A stretch of DNA of 24,000 bases, taken from NCBI RefSeq assembly GCF_022496765.1, contig NZ_VANV01000003.1, positions 1 to 24,000 of the forward strand, in the 5' to 3' direction. The position numbers and the translations under genes were made by a program. A model generated the notes under the pieces. That model was not told the DNA's origin. It searched no databases and saw only the letters and a program-made list of their open reading frames with translations. This document shows, in pieces, positions 15,050 through 23,823 of this stretch (positions are counted from its first letter, which is position 1; the number at the start of each line of letters is the position of its first letter). The DNA is from Acidaminobacter sp. JC074 (lineage in GTDB: Bacteria > Bacillota > Clostridia > Peptostreptococcales > Acidaminobacteraceae).

Positions 15050-15080
15050 AAGAGCAGTTAGACTAAGTCTTTCTGCTCTT
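15050..15080. terminator. Bidirectional terminator between convergent genes
   Basis: AAGAGCAG..AGAC-TAA-GTCT..CTGCTCTT long hairpin, followed by CTTT on plus. It lies downstream of the M48 gene stop (15100) on minus. Confidence 0.65.
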
Positions 15081-15099
15081 CTTTGGTTTGAAAACTTGT

Positions 15100-16314
15100 T
15101 TATTGTAAATTTTTTATTCTGTCACTTGTTGGTGGATGACTGTAAGTCAGCTTTACCACCAGTGGGTGAGGTGTTAGATTTGAGAAGTTTTCTCTAGAGA
15201 GTACTTTTAATGCAGAGACCATAGCATCTTTATAACCAGCCTTTTTAGCAACAGCATCGGCTCTGTATTCTGCCTTTCTAGATAAATAAGAAAGCGGCAT
15301 GTTGATCAGGATGCTGATTGGTTCTAATAAGATACCAAATAAGATAATTGAAAAGCCCGTATGTACTTGTGTGAATCCAAAAGCAAGTGACAGTGCGTTT
15401 GATGATAATATCTGAAAAAGTATGGCTAGAAAAATGCCTGTTTGAACCAAAGCGATGACAAAGTTTCTAAAAACATCTTTATGAATTGAATGACCGATCT
15501 CATGGGCTAATACTGAAATGATTTCATCAGTGGTACATTTTTCTAAAAGTGTGTCGTATAAGATGATGCTCTTAAACTTACCAAAACCTGAGAAAAAAGC
15601 ATTGAGTCTTGATGAACGTTTGGATGCATCCATAACGCCGATTGACTTAATCTCATAACCTAGTGATTTAGATAACTGAGTTGCTTTATCATAGAGTTCG
15701 CCTTCTTCAAGTGGTGTTATCTTGTTAAACAACTTGATAAAGACCTTTGTGTATAAAATGTTGATAAGAAGAGTAAAAACTGCCATGGCTATCCATGCGT
15801 ATAGAAGTGCCATTTTACCTGTAAACTCATAGAAGTAGAGTAGAAGTGCTAATAAGCCACCACCTATGATTGCGCCTAATACAAGGCCTTTAATTTGATC
15901 TAATATAAATGTTTTTAGAGTGGTTTTGTTAAAGCCGTATCTTTCTTCTATGTTGAAGGTACGATAAATAGAAAAACCGATCCCAATCATATAGGAAATC
16001 AAAGCATAAACACCTAAGAACAACAAGGTCTGTATGATATTATTTTCTGATAAATTATCTGTAAAAGCTGCAATTCTAGGGAAAACGCCGACTACAAAAA
16101 AGAGTATCAAAACACCTGTATTGATAATCTTTGAAATTAAGTTGAGTTTAAAGACTTCCATGGTATAAAGATGCCATTTCTTATAGTCTTCTTCATCATA
16201 AACATCTTTCACGTTTTCTGGAATAGGCTGGTTTCTATTCTTATAGTTTAGTGTAGATAGTGTGATGTCTATGGTAAATACCAAGAGTATAGCTGCAATT
16301 ATCAATACAAACAT
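15100..16314 (-). CDS. M48-family (Ste24/HtpX-like) membrane zinc metalloprotease
   Basis: HEXXH in ..VLAHEIGHSIHKD.., a downstream E (..SRKAEYRADA..), multiple TM helices, C-terminal ..HPPTSDRI... AAGGAG SD. Confidence 0.9.
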   Translation of the reverse strand: MFVLIIAAILLVFTIDITLSTLNYKNRNQPIPENVKDVYDEEDYKKWHLYTMEVFKLNLISKIINTGVLILFFVVGVFPRIAAFTDNLSENNIIQTLLFLGVYALISYMIGIGFSIYRTFNIEERYGFNKTTLKTFILDQIKGLVLGAIIGGGLLALLLYFYEFTGKMALLYAWIAMAVFTLLINILYTKVFIKLFNKITPLEEGELYDKATQLSKSLGYEIKSIGVMDASKRSSRLNAFFSGFGKFKSIILYDTLLEKCTTDEIISVLAHEIGHSIHKDVFRNFVIALVQTGIFLAILFQILSSNALSLAFGFTQVHTGFSIILFGILLEPISILINMPLSYLSRKAEYRADAVAKKAGYKDAMVSALKVLSRENFSNLTPHPLVVKLTYSHPPTSDRIKNLQ

Positions 16315-16323
16315 GATTTCTCC

Positions 16324-16872
16324 TTATAAGAATGTTGTGAAATATCCTAAAATCCCTGCTATTGAAATAAGGATGATAGGGTGCATTTTTTGCCTTAGGG
16401 CAATAAATAATATAACAATGGTAATGATAAATGTTTCGAAGTTAAAAGCAATCTGACCATGGCCGCCACTTAGAATGGTTGTTCTTGCCATAACAAGGGC
16501 TGACGCTAAAATCAAGCCGGCTACAACGGGTCTGATACCCAAGAAAATATGTTTCATTATTGGGTGATCGCTGTACTTGAAAAAGAAACCTGATACAAAC
16601 AGTATCAATAAGAGTGATGGCATAGCCACACCAAGTGTTGCAGACATAGAACCTAAGATACCTGCTGTTTTGTAACCGACAAATGTAGCGGAGTTAACAG
16701 CGATAGGGCCTGGTGTCATTTCAGCGATACCAATTATCTGTACAAATTCTTCTTGTAACAGCCAACCTTCTTTGGTAATCAAATCTGAGATCAATGGTAT
16801 CATGGCATAACCGCCACCAAATGAAAACAAACCTATTTTAAAGAAGGACATAAAGAGTCTAAGATAAATCAT
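16324..16872 (-). CDS. Chromate transporter (CHR) family protein, short-chain half, C-terminal-type partner
   Basis: ..FGGGYAMIPL...EF......AEMTPGP.A.N.ATFVGY.. CHR motif. 14-nt overlap with the upstream half. Confidence 0.85.
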   Translation of the reverse strand: MIYLRLFMSFFKIGLFSFGGGYAMIPLISDLITKEGWLLQEEFVQIIGIAEMTPGPIAVNSATFVGYKTAGILGSMSATLGVAMPSLLLILFVSGFFFKYSDHPIMKHIFLGIRPVVAGLILASALVMARTTILSGGHGQIAFNFETFIITIVILFIALRQKMHPIILISIAGILGYFTTFL

Positions 16873-17422
16873 CGTCGCCTCCTTTATAATGATGGTTGTA
16901 CAAGTAGAGTAAGAAACCTACTAGGCCGCCTCCGATGATCAAGAAAATTGGGCTGATATCAGTAAATAATATAACGACTACTGTTACAATGACCAGCACA
17001 ACACTCAGACCATCATGTATGGCCACCTTCAACATTTTTCTAGCAGCAAGTATAATTAGAACAATGACTGCACCATTAATGCCTGTAAAGATGGCTTTGA
17101 TGGTATTGTTGTCAGAAATTCTAGAGAAGAATGTTGCTATGATTGTGATGATAAAAAAGGATGGCAAGATAACCCCGATGGTTGCAAATATAGCACCTAG
17201 TTTACCGGCTACCTTATAGCCTACTAAGGTTGATGTGTTAATGGCTATTGCACCTGGGAAAGACTGAGAGACTGCAAAATAGTCAAAGATGTCTTCTTTT
17301 TTTACCCATCCCTTGTTGGTCACGATTTCTTCTTCAATCAAAGGAATCATGGCATACCCACCCCCGAAGGTGAATGCCCCTATCTTGAAGAATACTTTAA
17401 AAAGTTCCAAGTAAATGCTCAT
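16859..17422 (-). CDS. Chromate transporter (CHR) family protein, short-chain half, N-terminal-type partner
   Basis: ..FTFGGGYAMIPLIEEEIV..KGW......DYFAVSQSFPGAIAINTSTLVGY... Adjacent paired half-size CHR genes, as in B. subtilis ywrA/ywrB. Confidence 0.85.
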   Translation of the reverse strand: MSIYLELFKVFFKIGAFTFGGGYAMIPLIEEEIVTNKGWVKKEDIFDYFAVSQSFPGAIAINTSTLVGYKVAGKLGAIFATIGVILPSFFIITIIATFFSRISDNNTIKAIFTGINGAVIVLIILAARKMLKVAIHDGLSVVLVIVTVVVILFTDISPIFLIIGGGLVGFLLYLYNHHYKGGDDDLS

Positions 17423-17423
17423 G

Positions 17424-18128
17424 TTATATCTCCAAGATGTCTTTGATTACTTCAGAGGCAATGATTAGACCTGCTACTGAAGGTACAAAAGAAACACTAC
17501 CTGGTGTAGAACGTCTACTTTCTGATGTTTCTAACTCAAATGGTTTTAATGGTTGTTCTTTAGAATAGACAACCTTTACCTTCTTGATACGTCTCTTTTT
17601 AAGTTCATTTCTCATAACCTTAGCAAGAGGGCACATTGATGTTTTAGAGATATCTGCGACTTCTAGCATAGCTGGATTAAGTTTGTTACCTGTACCCATG
17701 CTGCATATAAATGGTAGGTCTAGTTCCTTACATCTTTCAATAATTAAAAGTTTTGATGTGACCATGTCAATGGCATCTACCACATAGTCTAAGTCATTTG
17801 AAATAAGTTCTAGGTTATCTTTGTTAAAAAGAACGGGTAGCGCTGTCACTGTAATATCTGGATTGATCAGCTTGATACGTTCTTTCATGGCTTCAACCTT
17901 TAGTTGACCTACTGTCTGAGTATGTGCATGTATCTGTCGGTTGATATTCGATTCTACAATATCATCAAAGTCTATTAGAACAATGTGGCCGATACCTGTT
18001 CTAGCAAGTGCTTCAACGACAAATGAACCGACACCTCCGATGCCAAATACTGCAACTTTTTTATCCTTAAGTTTATCAATGCCATCTTCTCCAAGAAGCA
18101 TGGCAGATCTTATAAATTTATTATCCAT
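17424..18128 (-). CDS. tcdA: tRNA threonylcarbamoyladenosine dehydratase (ThiF/MoeB-type E1-like)
   Basis: ..KVAVFGIGGVGSFVVEALARTGIGHIVLIDFDDIVESNINRQIHA.. Start set at ATG 18126-18128 (MDNKF..) with GGAGG SD. The stop lies 1 nt from the start of the next gene. Confidence 0.85.
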   Translation of the reverse strand: MDNKFIRSAMLLGEDGIDKLKDKKVAVFGIGGVGSFVVEALARTGIGHIVLIDFDDIVESNINRQIHAHTQTVGQLKVEAMKERIKLINPDITVTALPVLFNKDNLELISNDLDYVVDAIDMVTSKLLIIERCKELDLPFICSMGTGNKLNPAMLEVADISKTSMCPLAKVMRNELKKRRIKKVKVVYSKEQPLKPFELETSESRRSTPGSVSFVPSVAGLIIASEVIKDILEI

Positions 18129-18194
18129 AGTAACCTCCGTTTTCATTATATATCTATATAGTTTTTTTTCAAGTAATCTTTTTATCGTTAAAAC

Positions 18195-18223
18195 TTATCA
18201 ATCGTTAAAATATAGGGTATAAT
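18195..18223 (+). promoter_or_regulatory. Putative promoter of the ArsR-like gene, flanked by direct repeats
   Basis: TTATCA (18195-18200), 17 nt, TATAAT (18218-18223). ATCGTTAAAA occurs at 18184-18193 and 18201-18210, bracketing the -35. Confidence 0.4.
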
Positions 18224-18265
18224 AAATATGTTGTTGATTAGATGTTATGTTGGAGGAACGTTAAA

Positions 18266-18823
18266 ATGAAGGATAGTATTACGCTGAAAACCATGAACGA
18301 AATAAAAATTATTTCGAATCCGATTCGTATGCGTGTCTTAAGAAATTATTATTCTATAGGTAAACCAGCGACTGTTAAACAGATGGCTGTCTATATGGGA
18401 GAAGTACCAGCAAATATTCACTATCATGTGAAAAAACTTGTTGAGATTAATGTCTTAGAGTTAGATCATACTGAGAGTGTCAATGGTATTACAGCTAAGT
18501 TTTATGTCCCTACTGCGAGGCATATAAAGATTGATGATGAACATGATGTATCAGAAAAGTACATCGACGAAAAAGAAGTTATTGTTTCAAACATCTTTGA
18601 TGATGGTAAAAAGGAGTTCATGAAGGCCCTTAGATCTAAGTCAAATGATGAAAAAGGCACAATCTTTGCTTCTAAGATAGCCCTTACAGAAAGTGAATAC
18701 GAGAAGGTATTAGACTACATGACTAAACTTGTTGATGAACATCGTGTAACCGATAAGGATGATAAGAAGTACCTATTGTTTACAGGGATTATTGAAATAG
18801 AAGATTCTTCAGAGGAAGAATGA
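18266..18823 (+). CDS. ArsR-type winged-helix transcriptional regulator with an uncharacterised acidic C-terminal domain
   Basis: ..ISNPIRMRVLRNY...KPATVKQMAVYMGEVPANIHYHVKKLVEINVLE.. (HTH_20/ArsR-like). Start set at ATG 18266 with GGAGG SD. Confidence 0.6.
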   Translation: MKDSITLKTMNEIKIISNPIRMRVLRNYYSIGKPATVKQMAVYMGEVPANIHYHVKKLVEINVLELDHTESVNGITAKFYVPTARHIKIDDEHDVSEKYIDEKEVIVSNIFDDGKKEFMKALRSKSNDEKGTIFASKIALTESEYEKVLDYMTKLVDEHRVTDKDDKKYLLFTGIIEIEDSSEEE

Positions 18824-18927
18824 TAAAATAGCACAAAAAATGTTTATCTACCCGCATTTTTGGGGATATATACAATAGAAATAGAGACGTTTAGAACTAA
18901 AGTGGGCTTAATTCCAGGGAGGTTCGT

Positions 18928-19284
18928 ATGGGTAGATATAAGTATAACATTAGAGTAAATAAAGCCAATAAGCAGTATGGTTATATAGATGGTTCTATCA
19001 ATGATATTTATTGGTTTGCACTTGTTCATAGTGAGGTTGTAGAAAATGGCATAGATCCTGTGACGCTTGAGAAAGGCTTCGGTAGGATTACAAGACTGTG
19101 CCTGTATAAAGACAACACGACCTTTGAAGGAGATCCATTTTTACCGTCAATGACAGTTAGAAGACAAATCTATGTTAATTATCAAGAAGAATGGAGTGTC
19201 TTGAATTCTGGATATGTGGATATGGCAAGAGATTTAATCCAGTATCTAGAAAGACGTTACTCACTAAAATTGGTATCATGTTAA
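18928..19284 (+). CDS. Hypothetical protein (118 aa), no family recognised
   Basis: GGGAGG SD 6 nt upstream of the ATG. A terminator directly follows the stop. Soluble, with mixed composition. Confidence 0.55.
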   Translation: MGRYKYNIRVNKANKQYGYIDGSINDIYWFALVHSEVVENGIDPVTLEKGFGRITRLCLYKDNTTFEGDPFLPSMTVRRQIYVNYQEEWSVLNSGYVDMARDLIQYLERRYSLKLVSC

Positions 19285-19312
19285 GCCGGAGGTAATCCGG
19301 TTTTATTTTTTT
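19283..19312 (+). terminator. Rho-independent terminator
   Basis: AAGCCGGA-GGTAA-TCCGGTTT (one G-U pair), followed by TATTTTTTT. Confidence 0.8.
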
Positions 19313-19332
19313 GTTATCAATGACCTGAATTA

Positions 19333-19367
19333 TGATATAATAGCTAGGTATCTGTAACACAGGATAC
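19333..19367 (+). promoter_or_regulatory. Extended -10 promoter plus an imperfect inverted repeat (candidate operator or 5'-UTR hairpin)
   Basis: TGaTATAAT (19333-19341). GTATC-TGT (19348-19355), AAC, ACA-g-GATAC (19359-19367), located 7 nt downstream of the -10. Confidence 0.4.
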
Positions 19368-19417
19368 TGCAATAGACTATAAAATATATTATTCTATACA
19401 TGTAAACAGGAGGAAAA

Positions 19418-20056
19418 ATGAAAAGATTATTTGTATCAGATTTTGACGGCACAGCAACGGCCTTAGATTTCTATAAAATTGTATTAAACATGATTGGTCA
19501 AGAAGGTTGGGATTATGTAACCGACTACAGAAAAACTGGTAAAGTGGACTATCATTTCTTAAATAAAATATTTGGATGGCACAAATTATCAAATGAAGAA
19601 TACGATGCCTTAATTGATACCATTGAACTTGATAAGACTTTAAAGGACTTTTTAGCCTATTTAGAAGAGGTAGGCGTTGACTTTAAATTTGTAAGTGCTG
19701 GTTTTGACAAGTACATCGATGATATCCTTGAAAAAGAAGGTTATAAAGGTGTTGAGGTCATGACAAACCCTGGATCATTTGAAGAGGGCATCATGAAGAT
19801 GTCACCAGATAAAAACAGTCCATTTTACCATGACTTATTTGGTATTGATAAGGGTAAAGTGATGCAGCACTTAAAGAAGGATGCTGATAAGGTATACTTT
19901 GCAGGAGATACAGAACCAGATTTTACAGCAGCCTTAGAAGCTGATGTTGTATTTGCAAAAGGTGAGCTGATTCCAATGTTAGAAAAGCATAACAAACCAT
20001 ATATCAAGTTTGATAAGTACATTGAAATAGTGGAGCATTTGAAAGCAGGTGTGTAA
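19418..20056 (+). CDS. HAD-IB family phosphatase (MtnX / phosphoserine-phosphatase-like)
   Basis: Motif I ..FVSDFDGTAT.., ..FVSAGF.., motif IV ..FAGDTEPDFTAA... AGGAGG SD. Confidence 0.75.
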   Translation: MKRLFVSDFDGTATALDFYKIVLNMIGQEGWDYVTDYRKTGKVDYHFLNKIFGWHKLSNEEYDALIDTIELDKTLKDFLAYLEEVGVDFKFVSAGFDKYIDDILEKEGYKGVEVMTNPGSFEEGIMKMSPDKNSPFYHDLFGIDKGKVMQHLKKDADKVYFAGDTEPDFTAALEADVVFAKGELIPMLEKHNKPYIKFDKYIEIVEHLKAGV

Positions 20057-21108
20057 TGATATCACAAGCGATTGCAATACCAAGATTAATTGAAAGTAAA
20101 TACCATGCCTTAAATGATTTGCCTGGAGCTTTGAAAGCCCATGGTTTTAAGAGGGTTCTTTTTACAGTAGGTAATGGCATTGAAGACTTGTTTAAAGAGA
20201 AGATAAGTCACCTGACGAGTGAGCCTGAATTGATCATCACAGGTCCTGTCATCCTAGAAGAGCTGGATGTTGAAAAGTTAGCCCCAATGGCTTATGACTT
20301 TCCAAATTACGATGTCATTGTTTCCATGGGGGGTGGCAAGGCTATAGACTCTGGTAAATATACAGCTTTTTTAAAGGGCATCCCCTTTATCAGCATTCCA
20401 ACAAGTATTTCAAATGATGGCTTTGCTTCTTCTGGAGCATCTTTGATGATTGAAGGTAAAAGAAAAAGTGTTTCAGCAAAAATGCCTTATGGTGTAATAG
20501 CGGATCTTTCTATACTGTCTACAGCACCTGAAAGATTTTACTACAGCGGGCTTGGAGATGTGGTTTCTAAGATTACAGCCTCTTATGATTGGCAGTACGA
20601 AGCCAATCGTGGTGTGGGTTCTGTTGATCATTTTGCACTTTTAACATCTAAAAAATCGGTCAACTCAGTTGTGAGACTGCCAAGACCTTATATTGAAGAG
20701 GGTTTATTTTTAAAGGAAGTAGTAGACTCCTTGATTATGAGTGGTATTTCAATGGAGGTTGCGGGTTCTAGTGCACCGGCATCAGGGAGTGAACACCTTA
20801 TCTCTCATGCTATGGATAGACTAGCACCAGGTGAGTATTTGCATGGCATCCAAGTAGGGATTGCTACCTACATTATGTCTTTGACCCAAGATTACAGAGT
20901 CAATAGGGTAAGAACTTTCTTGTCTGATACAGGTTTCTTTGATTATGTAAAGACATTTGAAATACCAAAACAGCTTCTTGTTGATGCCATCCGTTTAGCA
21001 CCATCCATTAAGCCTAATAGACATACGACACTACATGAACAGAAATATGTAGAAAAAGCAATTAAATATCTAGATGAAGACAGGATTTTAAGGTCGATTC
21101 TATTTTAA
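20056..21108 (+). CDS. sn-Glycerol-1-phosphate dehydrogenase-like (AraM/EgsA family, iron-containing ADH superfamily)
   Basis: ..GGGKAIDSGKY.., ..ISIPTSISNDGFASS.., ..GLGDVVSK.., ..SGSEHLISHAMD...HGIQVG... The start overlaps the upstream stop (TAATG at 20054-20058). Confidence 0.75.
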   Translation: MISQAIAIPRLIESKYHALNDLPGALKAHGFKRVLFTVGNGIEDLFKEKISHLTSEPELIITGPVILEELDVEKLAPMAYDFPNYDVIVSMGGGKAIDSGKYTAFLKGIPFISIPTSISNDGFASSGASLMIEGKRKSVSAKMPYGVIADLSILSTAPERFYYSGLGDVVSKITASYDWQYEANRGVGSVDHFALLTSKKSVNSVVRLPRPYIEEGLFLKEVVDSLIMSGISMEVAGSSAPASGSEHLISHAMDRLAPGEYLHGIQVGIATYIMSLTQDYRVNRVRTFLSDTGFFDYVKTFEIPKQLLVDAIRLAPSIKPNRHTTLHEQKYVEKAIKYLDEDRILRSILF

Positions 21109-21112
21109 GTTT

Positions 21113-21141
21113 AAGCATCTGAAAATTTCAGGTGCTTTTTT
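21113..21141 (+). terminator. Rho-independent terminator
   Basis: AAGCATCTG (21113-21121), AAAATTT loop, CAGGTGCTT (21129-21137, one G-U pair), with a T run to 21141. Confidence 0.8.
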
Positions 21142-21209
21142 GCTTAAAGTCTATAATTTTGGTGTAAATATTATATGATGGACTAAATTAAATTTAGAAT
21201 GGAGGAACA

Positions 21210-23000
21210 ATGAAGCAATTAATGATGACAGGAAACGAAGCTATTGCTAGAGGGTTCTATGAAGCAGGGGGTAAAATAGCAACCTCTTATCCAGGTTCGC
21301 CAACTGTACAGATACTAGAAGCAGCAAAGCAATATGAAGGTGTATACGGTGAGTTTTCCACCAATGAAAAAGTAGCACTAGAAGTTGCTATTGGTGGCTC
21401 GTTTGCAGGTGTAAGATCTATGGTGAGCATGAAACATGTGGGGGTCAATATTGCAGCTGACCCATTAATGACATTTACTGAAACACCAACAAATGGTGGC
21501 TTTGTTTTGATTTCTGGTGATGATCCAGGATTGAAGAGCTCACAAAATGAACAAGATAATAGGGTATTTGGTAAGTTTGCCAATATGCTCATACTGGATC
21601 CTTCTGATGCACAAGATGCCAAAGACTTTGCTAAAAAAGCCTTTGATCTTTCTGAAAAATATGAAACGCCAGTCATGATAAGAATTACATCTAGACTATG
21701 TCATTCCAGATCAATTGTGAATGTTGAAGAAAGATTAGAGTCTGTTAAAGAGGTCTTTAAAAAAGATGGTAAGTACTGTATGATTCCGCCTAATTCCAAT
21801 AAGGCCCAGTACTTTATGAAAGATAGAGTTCAATCACTAGCTGATGATACAGAAACAATTGATTTAAATAAACTAGAAGCTGGACATTCGAAGGATGTTC
21901 TGATTATCACATCTGGTTTACCCTATGTTTATGTAAAAGAGTTAGGTTTAGAAATAGATGTTTTAAAGTTAGGGATGGTTTATCCGCTATCTAAGTCATA
22001 TATAGAAAAAATAACAAGTGGCTATAAGAAGATTGTTGTCATAGAAGAAATGATGCCATTTATTCAAAATGAACTTAAGTTGATGGGCATTGAATCTGTA
22101 GGTAAGGAGTATTTTTCTTTTACTGGCGAGTTAGATGCTACATCTATCCATAATGGTCTTCTTGAAGCAGGACTTATCAGTGGTGATATCAAGTCTGGCA
22201 AAATGGATTTACCGACTGTTAACAGACAACCTCTCTTCTGTGCGGGCTGTCCTCATAGACCAATCTTTGATATTTTAAAGAAATCTAAGGCCAAAATGGT
22301 GATTGGTGATATTGGTTGTTATTCTCTAGGCGTCTTAAGTCCAACTGAGATATCTCATTCCATTATTTCAATGGGCGCCAGTGTAGGTATTACAAAAGGT
22401 ATTAGAAAGGCTATGTCTTTGGGACAAAAGGAAGAACCTATTGTTTCTTTAATTGGTGATGGTACCTTCTTCCATTCTGGTATACCTTCATTTATCAACC
22501 TTTTGCACCAGCAAGAGGACTTTGAGAATATGACCTTTTTAATTCTTGATAATAGAACCACGGCTATGACAGGTGGTCAGCACAATGGTGGTTCAGGTAA
22601 CTTTAACGAAAAAGATGATTTGCATGTAGATATAAAATCACTTCTTGAAACCATTGGTTTTAAGAGGGTCATAGAGGTAGATCAGTACGATTACAAGGCA
22701 ACTAAGAAAATAATCGATGATGAAATAGGCTTTAATGGCTTGTCGATTGTCATTGCAAAAGGTCAATGTGCCCTTAAATACAAGGTGAAGAAAACGCCAT
22801 ATTATGTGGATCCTGAAATATGTATCGCGTGTAAGTCATGCATCAGAACCAACTGTCCGCCACTTAAGATGAAAAAATACGATGGCATTGAAAAGATGAA
22901 ATCATCTATTGATGAAGATATGTGTGTGGGCTGCGGTATTTGTGCTCAAGTGTGTCCGGTAGGGGCTATTAAGCTTGTGACAGATAGAAAAGAGGTGTAG
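21210..23000 (+). CDS. iorA: Indolepyruvate:ferredoxin oxidoreductase, alpha subunit (TPP-binding, C-terminal 2x[4Fe-4S])
   Basis: MKQLMMTGNEAIARG...SYPGSPT.., the TPP motif ..GDIGCY...GDGTFFHSG...LDNRTTAMTGGQ.., and C-terminal CIACKSCIRTNCP and CVGCGICAQVCP. Confidence 0.92.
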   Translation: MKQLMMTGNEAIARGFYEAGGKIATSYPGSPTVQILEAAKQYEGVYGEFSTNEKVALEVAIGGSFAGVRSMVSMKHVGVNIAADPLMTFTETPTNGGFVLISGDDPGLKSSQNEQDNRVFGKFANMLILDPSDAQDAKDFAKKAFDLSEKYETPVMIRITSRLCHSRSIVNVEERLESVKEVFKKDGKYCMIPPNSNKAQYFMKDRVQSLADDTETIDLNKLEAGHSKDVLIITSGLPYVYVKELGLEIDVLKLGMVYPLSKSYIEKITSGYKKIVVIEEMMPFIQNELKLMGIESVGKEYFSFTGELDATSIHNGLLEAGLISGDIKSGKMDLPTVNRQPLFCAGCPHRPIFDILKKSKAKMVIGDIGCYSLGVLSPTEISHSIISMGASVGITKGIRKAMSLGQKEEPIVSLIGDGTFFHSGIPSFINLLHQQEDFENMTFLILDNRTTAMTGGQHNGGSGNFNEKDDLHVDIKSLLETIGFKRVIEVDQYDYKATKKIIDDEIGFNGLSIVIAKGQCALKYKVKKTPYYVDPEICIACKSCIRTNCPPLKMKKYDGIEKMKSSIDEDMCVGCGICAQVCPVGAIKLVTDRKEV

Positions 23001-23002
23001 GT

Positions 23003-23575
23003 ATGAAGAATATCATGTTATGTGGTGTAGGTGGACAAGGTCTTGTGATGACATCGGGTATTATTGCTGAGGTGGCAAGACTTTCTGGTTACGATGTAAA
23101 AACCAATGATGTTATAGGACTTTCTCAGCGTGGCGGTCGTGTATGGGCCAGTATCAGATTTGGAGAAAAAGTCTATTCACCTAATATTGAAGAAGGTAGC
23201 TTGGATTACTTATTAGCTCTTGAACCTCTTGAAGGTTATAGATACAGTAAGATGTTAAAAGAAGATGGTGTCATCTTGATGAATGATAAAATCATTTATC
23301 CAGCTGATGTAGTATTTGATAAATCAACTTATCCATTTGATGAAATTGAGAAGATGAAAGAAAGATACGAGACTTACGCCTTAGATGCAAGTCATAAGGG
23401 GGTAGAGCTTGGCAATAAGATGGTTGCCAATACCATTATACTAGGCATGCTTGCTGGTAAGCTTACATTTGATACTACCAAGTGGTTACAGGTTATTAGA
23501 GAAAGGGTACCTGAGAAGGCTATTAAGTTAAATGAGGAAGCATTTAGGTTTGGCTATAATTTTGTAAACCAATAA
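23003..23575 (+). CDS. iorB: Indolepyruvate:ferredoxin oxidoreductase, beta subunit
   Basis: ..MLCGVGGQGLVMTS.I......GYDVKTNDVIGLSQRGG.V.. (pyruvate/ketoisovalerate oxidoreductase gamma-type domain). It starts 2 nt after the iorA stop. Confidence 0.9.
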   Translation: MKNIMLCGVGGQGLVMTSGIIAEVARLSGYDVKTNDVIGLSQRGGRVWASIRFGEKVYSPNIEEGSLDYLLALEPLEGYRYSKMLKEDGVILMNDKIIYPADVVFDKSTYPFDEIEKMKERYETYALDASHKGVELGNKMVANTIILGMLAGKLTFDTTKWLQVIRERVPEKAIKLNEEAFRFGYNFVNQ

Positions 23576-23584
23576 AAATAAAGG

Positions 23585-23618
23585 CATTGAGAAGTAAAAC
23601 TTCTTCAATGTCTTTTTT
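23585..23618 (+). terminator. Terminator of iorAB (overlaps the 3' end of the convergent small ORF)
   Basis: CATTGAGAAG-TAAAA-CTTCtTCAATG (one bulged T), followed by TCTTTTTT. Confidence 0.7.
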
Positions 23619-23823
23619 CGATGATTCTTTCGTCAATATCAATGGCGTGATTTAAGCGATTGAGCATCTTAAATTGTTGTTTTCTATATTTTTGATACTT
23701 TGAAATATGGTTGAGTTGAGCTTTGTTTAGGTGTTCTTCATTGAAACAAGAGATGCCTAATCCTACCTCGATTTCTAAACGAAGGGCCTTAAGGTTAATG
23801 AGTTCATGAATTTCTCTGTTCAT
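23605..23823 (-). CDS. Small hypothetical protein (72 aa, predicted helical)
   Basis: Strong AAGGAGGTG SD 6 nt upstream of the ATG. No family recognised. Confidence 0.5.
   Translation of the reverse strand: MNREIHELINLKALRLEIEVGLGISCFNEEHLNKAQLNHISKYQKYRKQQFKMLNRLNHAIDIDERIIEKRH

Noticed and set aside
688-22561. Other short ORFs nested antisense or out of frame in strong genes: 688-885, 1654-1839, 4324-4533, 4801-5061, 5058-5240, 6365-6610, 7020-7301, 9664-9855, 10010-10246, 16262-16456, 16935-17219, 17584-17787, 17941-18222, 18844-19029, 19175-19372, 19389-19592, 19825-20022, 21287-21676, 22355-22561
   Set aside because: Each overlaps a confidently identified gene or its control region, lacks an SD and has no recognisable motif. 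They are treated as shadow ORFs.
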